Positions 37,325-55,204 of a stretch of DNA of 64,000 bases are shown here, piece by piece; position 1 is the first letter of the stretch, and each line of letters begins with the position of its first letter. The stretch covers positions 108,562,001 through 108,626,000 of the forward strand of contig OZ024742.1 of NCBI GenBank assembly GCA_964016885.1, written 5' to 3'. Source of the DNA: Eledone cirrhosa. Its lineage: Eukaryota. The translations under genes and the position numbers were made by a program. A model generated the notes under the pieces. The model was not told the DNA's origin and made no database searches. It saw only the letters and a program-made list of their open reading frames with translations.

Positions 37325-40143
37325 ATGGACGACACCTCATTAACAGATGAGTTCAACAACAACAACAACACAAATATATACGGCAACAAGGTAGTAGGTG
37401 ACGATAAATCATTCTACCTGCGACGAGTCCACGCCACGACTTTACCATTTAACAAACGCACGCAATTGCCGTCGCAGGTCGATGAACAAACAGAAGCACA
37501 ATTTAGTATAGCTAGATCCGAACTTAGAAATATTATAGAACAGTATAGCAAGAAGCATAATAGAATGGAGGCCCAGCAACTGGGAGAAAAATCTGCAAAT
37601 GGCTTGCGTAAGCTCATGCAGCGCTCGCGTAATGGAGAGATAGCATGCTTTCCAACAGACAAGTCTGGCAGAATGTCGGTTGACAGCCTGCCAAACTACA
37701 TCCAGGCAATGCAACCCCACATCACTAACACAAGAGAGGTAACACCACAGGAGCATGAGGATAGAGAAAAAGCCCTCAATGCCCATATGGTGATGTGGAC
37801 GAATATAATGCAGCCCAACAAAAGGACTGCCAACAACTTCCAGGCCTGGAACAATGACGTACCGGCGTTGTATGGGCTTCGAAAAGACCATAAAACGGGC
37901 TGTGACCCTGTCGCGGGACCACCAACACGGCCAGTCTGTGGAGCTAACATTGCTAGTAACTACAGACTGTCCTACTTCCTCTCCCTGATCATACGCCCCA
38001 TCATTGAAATGTCCCCAGATGTATGTGACAGCACGGAGGATCCTCAGCAGAATCGGCGAGAGTAACTGATCTAGGGACCTAACAAACTGCATAATAGGTA
38101 GTATGGATGTTGTGTCCCTGTATCCATCTATTGACGTGGATTTTGCTGTGGAGAAATGCGTAGAAATGATCAGTGAGAGCAATGTTGAGTTCCGTGGGAT
38201 TGATACCAGTGAGCTGGGACTCCTACTTAAACTTACCTATAGTAATAATTACCTAGACACATATGACCTTAGCAACCTGTGCCCTACAAGACCAGCAAGA
38301 GGCAGACCACCTACCATTACCTCAATGGCCAAGAAAACCCACACAGATAGATGGAACGGGTGGACCAGAGCCATACGGACACCCGAAAACCACGATGAAC
38401 TGAAGAAAATGATTGCACATGCTGTAGGGGCCAGCATAAAACTAACCCTTAAGGAACATATGTTCAAATTTAATGGAAAAACATATGCCCAAGAGGAAGG
38501 AGCAGCCATTGGTGTTAGCATTGCAGGCGACATAGCTAACTTATTCATGGTATGGTGGGACAGTATACTTAAACTTAAACTTAAAGAACAATTAGAAGAC
38601 CCCTTAACCCTGATAATGTACTCCCGCTACGTTGATGATATAAACATCGTAGTTAAGACACCCCCACTAGAGAACAGTCAGGAACTAGAGAAAAACACAA
38701 TGGATAGCATCCAGCAAATAGCTAACTCCATCCACCAGAGTATTAGAGTTACTATAGACTACCCAAGTAAACACCCCATCCATCGATTACCTGTACTAGA
38801 CACAGAGCTCTGGTTAGATACCATTAATAACAAAAAACAAATCCTCCATTCCCATTATGCCAAACCCATGACTTCCAAACATCTGATCCACCGAAACACG
38901 GCCGTTTCGGACCATACCAAAATCAACATACTGATTGCGGATTTGGTACGGGTGATGAGAAACGTGTCCCGCATGTGCAACCCCGAAGAACTAGATAGAC
39001 GCATACAACACTTCATCCACCGTATGCAGTTCTCTGGCTACAATCAGAGAGATAAAATCAGAGTGTATCGAGGAACCAGAACCAAATGGGAAAAAATGGT
39101 AAATAATGACATAAATGGGACCTGCCCCTTGTATAGGAGCAAATTTTGGAATAGAATAGAAAGAACTAGGAACAAGGCTAATAGAATAAACTCATGGTAT
39201 GATAGCAATAAATACCAGAGTGTAATGCTCATCGATACAACCCCTAGAGGTGAATTAGCTTACAAATTTAGAAGGGCCCTAGATAAACATAAACTCAATA
39301 TTAAGATAGTAGAAAGACCAGGTACCTCCGCAAAAACACTTATTAGCAAGACATACCCTTTTCATAGACCCTCATGTATAGATAAGAAATGTATAACCTG
39401 TAAAATAAGCCCCCATATTAACTGTAAAACTAGAAATGTAGTGTATAGCATAAGATGTACTGAAGGACAATGTAGAGACAAAAATATAGTGTACATAGGT
39501 GAGACAGCTCGTAGTGTAGGGGAACGGATAAATGAACACTGGCGAGACCTTCAAGATAGTAAAGAATCATCTGTACTCTACCAACATTCTAAAATAGAAC
39601 ACAAGGGTAAATTAGAGAACATAGAAATAAAAATAGAATCTACACACAGAAAAGACGCAATGTTTAGACAAATCACAGAAGCAATAAACATAAAAGAATT
39701 ACAACCAAAATTAAATAGAAAATATGAGTGGAACAGCAACATCACAATTTACAATTAAGGACAAAATGAAAACACACACACACATAGAACAAACAACCAA
39801 CCAGTAACATATAAATAAACAAATAAATAAATGAACATAAACACACACAGACACCCGGATGTGGCGCATGCGCAGACTGAGCACACAACACACACACAGA
39901 AACAAAATGGCGTAGGACAGAACAAAGGAGAGGCACAAAAACAAAGAAGAAAAGAATCCCCAGTCACTGAAGAGGTCACAGAGTGTGTGACGAAAGAACT
40001 ATGACATTATATAAACAACTATCTGGTCGTGGAACCAACCAAGCAACCAGAAATTTATAAACTTATAAATTTATTATAATAAATTGAAGTGAAAGCAACT
40101 GGTGCGTGTGTTTCTTATTGGCAACATGACCCTCCCAAAGTAT

Positions 40144-40150
<7 letters not shown>
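37325..40150 (+). mobile_element. PLE family B, right arm (RT-GIY-YIG; 551-aa open segment 38103-39758)
   Basis: LYGLRKDHK, RPVCGA, MDVVSLYPSI, GAAIG, RYVDDI, CITC...CKTRNVVYSIRC, YIGETARSVGERINEH, RQITEA. Confidence 0.94.
39963..40005 (+). ncRNA. Minimal type I hammerhead ribozyme (CUA site), family B
   Basis: GTCA-CTGAAGA-gGTCACAgagtgTGTGAC-GAAA-GaaC-TA-TGAC. Confidence 0.82.
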
Positions 40151-42925
<2,775 letters not shown>

Positions 42926-43029
42926 TGCATTCACACACATGCCTAGGGGACTTGCAATACCTGCCTCTGTCCGGGAGGCAATTGCTAAGTTACGCCAAGA
43001 AGATCGTCTCCCATCAACCCATAGCTGAA

Positions 43030-43555
43030 AGAGTTAAACGCCCCCAAAAGTATCGTACATGATATACTAAAAGGATACGATAATACAGGCTCGTGTAGCT
43101 GCAGAATTTCGACAGATAGACCAAGAAAAACCTCAAAGATTTAGCCTTCGTCCGCATTGTAAAAAAAAAAAAAAAAAGACCGTTTCAAGACAATAGCTGC
43201 GGTTTCCCAAGAAGTAAACGACTCTATTGACATCAATATCTCCAGGAAGGTGTAGCACGCCGCCTGACAGAACAAAACTTACACGCTCGTACTCCAGCAG
43301 TCAAGGCGTTGATAAGTTAGAAGAACAAGAAAGTTCGATTATCCATCGCCACTAAACACGTTCTATAAACAGAAACCAGTCCGCTTCAGCGATGTATCGA
43401 AGTTTTACTTGTTTGGTTCAGATGGCAGGAGGTTCGTTCGTCAAAGACCAGGCGAGCAGCGTTAAGTTTGGTGGAGGAAGTGTTATGGCGTGGGGCATAA
43501 TTCTATGGCAAGGTGAATGCTTAAGCGTTCAAAGAACTTCAACAGGAACATACTG
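43030..43555 (+). pseudogene. Tc1-family transposase remnant
   Basis: RLTEQNLHARTPAVKALIS, FSDVSKFYLFGSDG and SVKFGGGSVMAWG in shifting frames. Confidence 0.8.
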
Positions 43556-44319
43556 TCTTAGCACAAAGGAGTAAGCCTCTCTGAAGATGGATAAATATCG
43601 AGAAACAGTGCCATCGGGTACTCTCTCTTTGTTCCTGAGAATGTCAGTGACACGATCACAGCTAATTAAATATTCAAAGTGAGGCTGTATGGATGTTTAT
43701 TATACATAAACCTCTCGCAGAAGCTCCAAAATACAACCCTTTGTGTATATATATATATATCAAGGGTTGTACACTGGAAATTATGCAAGATGTGTCTATG
43801 TAAAACAAACATCCTTATAGCCTCACTACGAATATTCATACATATATAAATACATTCACACACAACATACCCGTATAAAAATGTAAATATAATTAATAAA
43901 TCTTTATTTACTTACATACACATCACGATCTTTATTTTGGCTGTTCAATAATTGTTTCTACTTTTTTTTACCATACCGTCTATCAGTGAATGTTGGAACA
44001 TAGGAATAAGAAATTAATGATTTCTTATCTATCATACTATTTATTGCTCAACAGATATATCCTGTTGTGTATTGTATCCATGAATGCGACATCGAAATGT
44101 TATGAACTTCGCTGTGCGATCAAAAATTCCAAAGCTCTAACAGCTTTGTATCTAGGGTATCTTGGGGATTACCTTAGCTTCGAATTGACTGAAGTCCTAT
44201 GAGTGTACTTGTGTAGACAGGAGCCGTACGATGGATTCAAAGCACCAGCGTCTTCACACACTGAATTACGTTAAAGGTGTAGGTGTCTTTGGAATAGTTA
44301 GCCAATAATTATTATTTTG

Positions 44320-45420
44320 TTTTAAATTTATAAAAGCTTTATTTACATTTGTATAAATAACATTACAAATGTGAAAGGGGTAAAGAAGGGCAGATCTGGC
44401 TGTGTGGGAAAATAGAGGAAAGGACTATAAAAGTCATAAATAAGAAGAAAGGGGGGGACAAGGATTCTAGTGTCACAGAAGAAAAAGAGGGGTAAGGGGA
44501 GAGGGTGATGGACTCGGGGCCTTGAGCGTGACGGTTTTGGGGCTACGCCTCGTGGACATAACTACAAAAGCAATTCCGCCGAGAATAGCCAGCAACACCC
44601 GCTGCAGCAGCCACCCCACCTCACGGGGCTCCTTCCTCAGACGGGCTGATGACATTACAACCTTGCGGAGGAGCTTGGCGTTGGGTCACTCCGATGCGAC
44701 TTCACGCATCATCAAGTAGGGTACCAATTAATGAGGAGGGCCCCGAATTAAGCCACACACAGCTGTTTAGCTGTGAAGCGGATAGGGCACAGGTGAGGTG
44801 GTGTTGGTCCAAGCATGATGCGATCTGCCTGAAGGAAGAACTGCATTTGATGTCGTCCCAGTAACGTTGGACATTTGTATGCTGGGGGACAGAAAGGCCT
44901 ACGCCTGTCTAGCCGGCCAGAGCCTGCTAGATCTCTGGGGCCACGTCGGGTTCGGCAGCCTTGCTGAGGACTTCACTAACGAGAATGCAACGGGAAGAGA
45001 TTGAGAAAAGGTAGGCCGGTAGTGTCAGATCTAAAACGAATCGGAGTCCGAGGCCACCGAACCTCGTTGGGAGCTTTGCCTGTTGCCATCCGGTGCTGTC
45101 GAAGATGGCATTGCAGATTAGTTATGCGTGGGGCTGACAAGGTGCACCGCGCAGCGTGAACAGGAATTTGGGGAGGGCGAAATGAGGCGCGCTTAGTCCC
45201 CAGAAAGTCTCTTATGGCTTTCGAGAGAATTAGAGAACCGAGAATGCAGGCGGCGTCTTTGGGCTTTAGCCGGGCCCCGGACAAGACAGGATGGATGTTG
45301 TGTACGGCGTCATGGAATTCAACCTATCCGTAGCTTGCGTTTATCAACTCGGAGTTGGATGGGTTGATATCGAGTCCGAGGAGCTTTAGAGCTGGGATGA
45401 TTAGCCGAAAGTCATCTGCA
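44320..45420 (-). pseudogene. CRE-like (RLE-type) non-LTR retrotransposon 3' remnant
   Basis: GC-richer block; LKLLGLDINPSNSEL, ILGSLI and the C-terminal EPREVGWLLQRVLLAILGGIA resemble the CRE-type xxWLFQRISIAVQRGNA end. Confidence 0.55.
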
Positions 45421-46257
45421 CTTTAATTTCACGAGTAGTTTGTTCCGTTGGTCAAAAATTGGAACATCCACTGTCGAAACCGACGGAAGTCCATCCCATT
45501 ATACATATTTATGGTACTTAAATTTGCCCATAACAGCCCATTCGGATGTAAATGGATTATATTATTAGGAAGCAAAACCAGTACATTATATACGAACATT
45601 TAGTTATATGAAAAACGAAATTAAATTAAATTTACAGTCCGCATCTTTGCTGGTTTAGCTGGCCTCCTACGAGGTTTCATCTGATAAATATTTTCTCGTG
45701 TGTTTTAATGATAGGAGACTCAAGAAAAGCAATGTGAAATGAAGCGTCTTCCCCAAGAACACAATACACTATTCGGTCCAGCAATCGAAGCCAAGACATT
45801 TTGATCATGAGTCCAACACTAACAACTAAACCCCACACCTTCACACTTTTCTTGTACCATTGAGTTGGTGCCCTTCTAGTGTACGATAAAAGTGTACACA
45901 ACGTGTCTATGTTTTATATGGGTTTCTATTAACCATGTCAATTTAGATTCGATACAAAAATATAAACTGTTGTCTGGATTCAGGTAAACTTTAACAAACT
46001 GGTGCAATATGGTTTTATATCCATTAGTAATTATTATATATTCAATAAATATTCTGAAATTTGTAAATAATTATCCAAATATAATGATGCATATATTTAA
46101 TGCAATATAATAACTGTACTGATGCGAACTACAAATATTATATTCACTAGGAATGTATTTTAAAATATGTAATCTATGAGGCTGTATAAAATGTTGCTTG
46201 TTGGTTAACTCTAATCATAATTACTAAGATCTTGAAATTGTTGTTTATCATAACGAG

Positions 46258-46314
<57 letters not shown>

Positions 46315-48169
46315 TAAAAAATTGGTTGTGTTCAGACCTGGAGACGTATGAGCTTCGACAGGAGTTAAGGGAACATGACATGGTATGACACTGCTAGCTC
46401 GGTTCTGGGTTGTCTCTCCCAAAATGAAGTTTAAAAGAACAGTGTACAATGATTCGGCGTTTAACATCAGCGTAAATATCTAATTTATCTTCAAGCTGAT
46501 ATCACGTGACTCCTCATTACTTGTGTGAATTTACTGCTATTAAAGCCATGGATTTAAATGTGATTTGATATTAGTAATTAAGCTAATTAAACAGCGCAAT
46601 AAGGCTAATTGTAATTCTCTTTACTTTTCTCTAAATGCTTAAAATTGCGACTTCTCCAGAAGTATTCTCAAAAAGAGGACTCCGTGGCGTGGCTTATTGG
46701 TTAGGGTATTGGCTCACGATTCGTGGGCTCAATTTTCGGTGGGGTGTCGTACCCTTGAACAAGATACTTTAGTTCATGTTCAAGATGGAAGAATGAATTC
46801 TAGTGATGGCTCAACGGATCGGCCTTAAAACACAGTATCATACTGAATTTCCCTGAGAACTACGTTAAGGTACACGTGTCTGTGAAATACTCAGTCACCT
46901 GTCAATTCACAAGCACTCAGTTCAATTGAACAAAGAACTGGAACTCTCGTCCTTGTGTAAGTATCTAAATCTAATCAGCACGTCTTAACCATTCTATGAA
47001 GTAAAACTTGATATAAAGCAGTAAAGGAAAGCGTTTCTATGATATCTATACCATATATCTGAAATGTGTTTAGATTATAAAAGTTGCTGAAAGGTTTCTA
47101 TTGGTTACTCAGCTGTGAATGCAATACTGTACACAGATTAAATAAACATATCCAATAATGACATCAAAATGCAATTCGAGGTTCAATAAGGAATTTACTC
47201 TGAAATTATTATTTTTTCCTGTGATCTATAGAAATGTTTGCTGTTTATACTCTTTAAGCTCGCAACCATTAGTGAAAAAATAAATATAGAAATCTGTATC
47301 TCTGTAGCAACGAAGTACTTTACTTTGCCTCACGAGTTTTCCCTGCGTGCTACTTACTAATTTCAGCCAATTCAAGGTATTTTGATGCTTAAGCATAAAA
47401 GAAATCTCTGATCTTGAAGACATCTTTAATATACAAAGGAATTCTCTTTTCCTTTTGTTCTCATATCGATTCCATCTCGAAATAGCTGCTTGAAGATTAC
47501 TTGCACATAGTTCGATTCTTCAAACCATTATATTCAATATTTAGCAAAAGGAAAATTCGATAAAATCTATTCCTGATTTCACCCAGCATTCATTTCTTTT
47601 CAATTGATATATTTTCTGGTCTATCATAAAACAGTATTGATTTCCCCGACTGATGCTATCATATGAACTGTATGGTTTTCTTGATTTTTATTAAATGCAG
47701 CGTTTCTCTACTTTAGATGACAAATAATAAAGAATAGTTTTGGAATATTTCTCATTCAAAAATACTTTTTCCTTTTAATCTAATAGAAAGGAAAACAACA
47801 TCCTGAATAACACGAAAATAACATGGATGGGAAAATGAAAACTGTTCATCCAATCCTAAATATTTATAATTATGCAGTTTCTTGTTCTATATAGCAAATC
47901 TTGATTATTGAGCTGACAGTGCTAGTGGACTGTCAACATGGAGTAGGCACATGAACGAATGTACATAAAATACAAAGGACTCGAGGAGTCGAGTGAGGTT
48001 TGAGGAGGGTAGTGGGTATTTCTTCCAGTTGATGGGGGATATAGTGGATTTGTGGCTAGGCCCATTATGTTCTACCTAGCTAGAACTGGACGAAGAAACT
48101 AGATTGGAGTGATGATTCATTAACTGCAGAACGAGGTGAAAAAAAGATTCATTATAGATATGGTAAAAT

Positions 48170-48398
48170 TTAACCCTTTAGAATTTACATTACTCTATAT
48201 TTGACATTGCATTTTCACGGTAAACACTTTATTTCACATAATTATCTCACATAATATAGAATCTACAAGATTTTGATATTATTTATTTTGAGAACAATAC
48301 CTTAACATAAGTATGAGCAGCCTGTCATTGCCGGTTTGAACAGAAAGAGCTGAGAGAATCCTGGCCGGATACGGCCGATTTAAATGCTAAAGGGTTAA
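48170..48398. mobile_element. MITE with TTAA ends and CCCTTTAG terminal inverted repeats (piggyBac/Kolobok-like)
   Basis: TTAACCCTTTAG ... CTAAAGGGTTAA, 229 bp, non-coding. Confidence 0.8.
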
Positions 48399-49283
48399 GT
48401 GAAAGACCAACGCTGAGAGCAGAGTGCAAGGGGTAAAGATCATAATGCCTGAAATATGGCATAACGAGGAAAATTGTGAACCATAAACTCCAGACATTCA
48501 CTGGTACCATTAACGTTGTTTGACACCACTGGAAGGAAAGATACAGTCGGGTAGTGCCTAAAAGGTTAAACTTCTCAGGCAATAGCTGATGGAAGGAATG
48601 TTTCGCAGTGCAGGCTGTATGGACTATAGTATGAATGGAACTGCTTACGTGTGTTAAGGCACATGTTGCTTTATATCTAGTTTACTATTTAAGCAGGACT
48701 ATAATCCATCATTTCTATTCGTCCTTTTCATTGTTATTAACACTTGAAATTAACACTTTGTAAATATTGTTAGTCCAGTTTAGATATAAACGTTTCATTG
48801 TGGCTTATCTGAATAATAATAATAAAATGATAAGAAGAAAAAGAATAAGAAAAGTGGGGGATGATGATGATGAGAAGGAGGAGAGGGCAGAGAAAAACGG
48901 GTAAAGATTCCCTCAGTTCTAATTAAATACTTCGACCAAAATTCATGTTTGAAATGCGGAACAACTTCAGTTGAATTGTACAGTATCTCTGATAAAATAC
49001 CCAGCGTTTTCATTTGAGTTCGATTGAAATCAATACTGCTACGATATTTACATATTCCAATGGCCTTGATTATTCACTAATCGATGAAATTGGGTTGTAT
49101 AATAATCAGATTATATAATAAACTGGAAAAATAAAAAGACATTTCTCATGATACAATCATTGTGTTACTAAAGCTGAAAAGTCTCTGAAGTATTAATCGG
49201 GTGATGTGTGTTTGTGTGTGTTTATATGTGTTTGTGTTTGTGCGTATGTTTGTGTGTGCTTGTTTGTGTGTATGTGTGCACGC

Positions 49284-49328
<45 letters not shown>

Positions 49329-50174
49329 TGTGTGTGCTTGTGTGTGTGTGCTTGTGTGTGTGTGTTGTGTGTGTGTGTGTGCTTGTGAGGGTGTGGGTGT
49401 ACGGGACATCCGTCGGCTCCATCGAGTGAACGATTTCCTGATTATTTCACCGCAGTATTAAAAAGTACTAGTCCTGTGGAAATTCCTTATATTTAAAATA
49501 AAATTAAGTACCCTCTCTACTTGTTCTATTGAGTATCGTGCTACATAGAGTTCGCTGATGATCCTTCTAAAAAGAAAAGACTGTCACATCATATATATAC
49601 CTTCAGACCACTCTCTGCCACACTGTCAAGACATATCTGAAAGTTATAGGATGAAAATATAAATTGAAAGTGAATCTGTTCATCATGGAATATGCGTGAT
49701 TCCAAATTAATGGCTCCAGATGGTTCCATCTCTTTCTCTCAGATAAATATTATTCTATTGCCGTATTTTCAAATGTTTAAACAATTGAGCAGAATTGAAA
49801 TTTTTGCAAATTCTTCTATTTAAATGTATTGGGAATGCTTTTACAGTCTTGTCCGCGGGGCACAGCACCATTACCCGCTGCGCTCTTGGCCCAGAGCCCA
49901 ATCACCCTCACACCTCCCACCCTCCCACCTCAATTTTTCTGTGACACTAGAGCCCTTGTCATTCCTTCCTTTTCTGTGTTTTTTTATATACATTTTCTTA
50001 TTTTACTTTCCATTCTTTCTTCTCAATCTAATTTTTTTTTCTTTTTCTATTAAATAGTATTTACATAAATATATTTTTCAACTATCAAGTGATTAATCCA
50101 CTTCCCTTATCTGCTCCTTCCTCCTTTTCTTTATTCTTTCTTCTGTGGGTTTGTTTTCCTTTATTTCTATCGAC

Positions 50175-50516
50175 TATAAAACAAGGGAGCTAAAGGCGAG
50201 CAAGATACTGTCCCCCAGAGCAGATACAAACTATACAGTGTGGAAATGCCTCAACAGGCTAAGATCTGGTGTTGGACGTGCAAAAGTCAATCTGGCAAAA
50301 TGGGGATATTTAAATGATGGGGACGTTTTGTGTGACTGTGGCATAGAACAACGGACTACACACCACTTCCTGATATTCTCCCTGCTGGAAACCCCTGTAC
50401 AGCATTGGACTTGGCAGAGTTTAATGAGAAAAGACAGCAATGTGGTCAGCTGTGGCGGAACCACATCTAGCCAAGCTTTTTAGCTGACACTCTTGTGGAT
50501 ACGATAAGAAGAAGAA
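50175..50516 (+). pseudogene. RTE-X-like LINE 3' end
   Basis: WKCLNRLRSGVGRAKVNLAKWGY...CDCG...HH, followed by a short (AAG)n tail. Confidence 0.7.
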
Positions 50517-50534
50517 TCGATTAAAAATCAAGGT

Positions 50535-51200
50535 TACCCAAGAACATTTTTTTGTGTTTTCCATAGTCCCAAAATGATGACCCTTCAGCTTCGATTTCAA
50601 CTTAGGGAAAAGGTATAAATCACAAGAGATAGACATGCGCTGTAGAGATGATGTGGAAGAGTGGGAATGTTTTTCTTCGCTAGAAATTCCCTAATTGAAA
50701 GAGCTGTGTGAACAGCAAATCCTGACAAATTTCCAACAGGTTCACTTTTTGCTCCAAATATAAGTGATTAATTTTTGCACAAATTTTTCGCATGTGCAAA
50801 TGTTCTGTTAAAATTCTGTAAACTAAATTTGTATCCAAGTACGTTTCTTCTGCAATCATCATAACACTTAATCGGCGATCTTTCGCCAACACTGCGTGCA
50901 TCACTTCCATATTATTTTCATTTGTTGACGAGATTGACCCTTCCAAAACGAAGTTGGTTTTCAACATATTCTCAACCCTCTTTCAAAGCTTTGTGCCAGA
51001 TAAAAACCTTATTTCTCGAAAGAGTAGCATCTCCATAAACTTGTGTTAAATAATTAAATATGTTGGTGGCAAATTTGTTGATTTTCACACAAAATTTGAT
51101 CGCATACCGTTGTTTGTTATTTTCTTGCATCGCAAACGTAACAGAGGTTATAAACACGTCATTACATAAAGTGCAATAACCCACGACTGACTCAATCGAT
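50535..51200 (-). pseudogene. mariner-family transposase remnant, internally deleted
   Basis: QRYAIKFCVK...VYGDATLSRNKVFIWHKALKEG; DRRLSVMMIAEE...ILTEHLHMRKICAK; CDLYLFPKLKSKLKGHHF. Confidence 0.88.
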
Positions 51201-51290
51201 CGTGTTGAAACAAGTATGTACGCGCAGCCAAGGTCATAGCCAACAGGTCTATATACATCAACGAGGTGCTACATTATATCGTACATATAC

Positions 51291-52012
51291 GGTATGCCGG
51301 TTGAGCACTCTATGCTCCTACGGAGCAGAGTATTATAGAATGGAAAACGAAAAATCAGTGATGCATCGGAACTCAATATATCAGTACTTTTACTTTCGAG
51401 ACAAACCTCGTATGCATATATATATATATATAAATGAAAATAGAGAAATTAATGTAAGCAAAAAGACAACAATAATTCAGACATATAAGTGACTATAACA
51501 TCAAGATGAAAGATTTTTCACGTAAGATGTGGGATAAATAATACGATCTTAATTCAAAACAAGTCAAGAAGAAAAGCTTTATCCTTAGACTTTGTGTAAG
51601 TTGGGGAAAAAAAGCAATACAATCTTAACACAAAATAAAATCAAGAAGAAATATATGTATGTCTAATGGTAGCTAAGATGCTTCCATAGGCGGTATGCCA
51701 GTTGAGCACTCTATGCTCCTACGGAGCAGAGTATTATAGAATGGAAAACGAAAAATCAGTGATGCATCGGAACTCAATTTATTGTGTGTTACAATTGTTT
51801 CCCCGGCGAACAGCTCGAGGTGCGATCCATGTGTGGATCTACCTGACTGGCAGGTTCTCGGATACGTCTATTGATTTCGGATCATATCCTCTTACTCATA
51901 TCCTAGAGTCAGGTAGATCCACACATGGATTGCACCTCGAGCTGTTCGCCGGGGAAACGATTGTAACACACAATAAATTGAGTTCCGATGCATCACTGAT
52001 TTTTCGTTTTCC

Positions 52013-52015
<3 letters not shown>
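51291..52015. mobile_element. PLE-terminus-like fold-back (arms 51740-51848 and 51907-52015) with a direct repeat 51291-51376 / 51692-51777; fragment at 52556-52622
   Basis: Direct and inverted repeats visible; ends in (TA)n. Confidence 0.7.
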
Positions 52016-52047
<32 letters not shown>

Positions 52048-52258
52048 CAAACAACACGGACACTCAGAGCAAACAACACGGACACTCTATCTCAAAATTA
52101 TTTTTGAAAAGCATTTAGAAATGCGCAACCGGTAAAAACTTAAAAACTTAAAACCATAACAACTGAATACTAACCCATACAATCACTAATACTCTTTTAT
52201 TCCTAACTAAACCATTTTTCAACTGTGAACAATTTGTCACCATTTTCTATTCCGTATA

Positions 52259-52336
<78 letters not shown>

Positions 52337-52932
52337 AACCAGTAGGACCCCGACAGCTGAGCTCAAGCCGTTTCGACGGCTAATTCTGAATTAGCCGTCG
52401 AAACGGCTTGAGCTCAGCTGTCGGGGTCCTACTGGTTCCTATTACCCACTCTACTACCTCAAGTATTGAGTACTTTGGTGCGTTATGGTCCACCTGGTTC
52501 CTTACCACATTTCCTTCGTTATATATATATATATATATATATATATAGATATATAATGTGTGGATCTACCTGACTCTAGGATATAAGTAAGAGGATATGA
52601 TCAGAAATCAATAGACGTATCCTGCGAGTATTACTATTGCATCATATATATTTTTATTATACGTATGCTTTCATCATACATATAATGGTATGCTTTCATC
52701 AGATAGAATATATATGGGCATGCCCATTGTAAGTCAAAGTTAATCTGATGGAAGCATACCATAATTTGGTATCCTTGAAATACGTATAATAAAAATATAT
52801 ATGATGCAATAGTAATATTTCCATTTATTACGATCAATAATATTATAATACTCCAGATAAATTTCTGTAGAGTGCTTCATATCTGTTATGAATATAACTA
52901 TGTTGAATAATCAATAAAACATATAACTCATT

Positions 52933-53575
<643 letters not shown>

Positions 53576-53606
53576 CATATATTTATATACACAAACATAT
53601 ATATAT

Positions 53607-53658
<52 letters not shown>

Positions 53659-53785
53659 GTACGTATGGGTTATATCGAAAATTAATAATAATGTTCGATT
53701 CGTTTGTAAACAAACGGCTCGATTTGAAGCTGTGCCATGCCAGTGACCGATCATCACCTGTTTGGTCAACACTGTCTTTGAGGAA

Positions 53786-53826
53786 CAATCAACATGTTTC
53801 TAGGTCATTACCCGTCATCAGGACTA
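53786..53826 (-). ncRNA. Minimal type I hammerhead ribozyme (GUU site) in a divergent relative (53655-53980) of the 430-bp unit
   Basis: TAGTC-CTGATGA-cGGGTaatgACCTa-GAAA-CATG-TT-GATTG. Confidence 0.85.
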
Positions 53827-54023
53827 TACCTCTGTCAGTCTGTTGAACGGTTGAAATATATAGTATTTTCTTAAGAAGACATGGGCTGTGTAGCCTCATT
53901 TGCATATCGAGTGAGTTACGGCTAGCCATGTCGACTATTAGAAATAAAATTAGATTTTTATTTCTTGCCCTACGTAAATATGTATATGCATATATGGATG
54001 TGTATATATTATATATATGTATA

Positions 54024-54720
<697 letters not shown>

Positions 54721-54982
54721 TATATATATATATATACCCCTATATATATTTACCCCTCGTTGTTTTACTTACTGTTTCGACCTCCTCCCCCTCCCCCTCC
54801 CTAGTATCTTCTTTGACCTCACGCCCAGCTGTATCAACGCATGAATGGGTCTCCTCCACCCCCTCTCCCTCTTTCCCCTACTGGCAGGTTTAGCTACCCC
54901 TTCCCTCCACTAATTGCCATCATAGAATTATTATGTCTCAACTACTAACTTTTGACCAATCACTTTGACCATATATGGAATT

Positions 54983-55078
54983 ACCCCTTAAGAAGCTCGG
55001 CTATTCAAATACCAGGATAAAAATTTTCATTTAGTCCAGAATTAGCCGTCGAAGCGGCTTGAGCTCAGCCGTCGGGGT
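54983..55078 (+). ncRNA. Degenerate type I hammerhead with long stems II and III (GUC site)
   Basis: ACCC-CTTAAGA-agctCGGCTATTC...GAATTAGCCGtc-GAAG-CGGCTtgagctcAGCCG-TC-GGGGT; sister copies at 34464 and 52388 retain GAAA. Confidence 0.62.
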
Positions 55079-55170
55079 CCTACTCTGTTCCTATTACCCA
55101 CTCTACTACCCTAAGTATTGAGTACTTTGGTGCGTTATGGTCCACCTGGTTCCTTACCACATTTCTTCCG

Positions 55171-55200
<30 letters not shown>

Positions 55201-55204
<4 letters not shown>

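Noticed and set aside
37163-38065. 300-aa ORF with a novel N-terminus
   Set aside because: The first ~54 codons are antisense read-through from the opposite palindrome arm.
52655-52705. CTGATGA...GAAA on the minus strand
   Set aside because: Arises from a local duplication of TATGCTTTCATCA; stem I and the cleavage site do not form.
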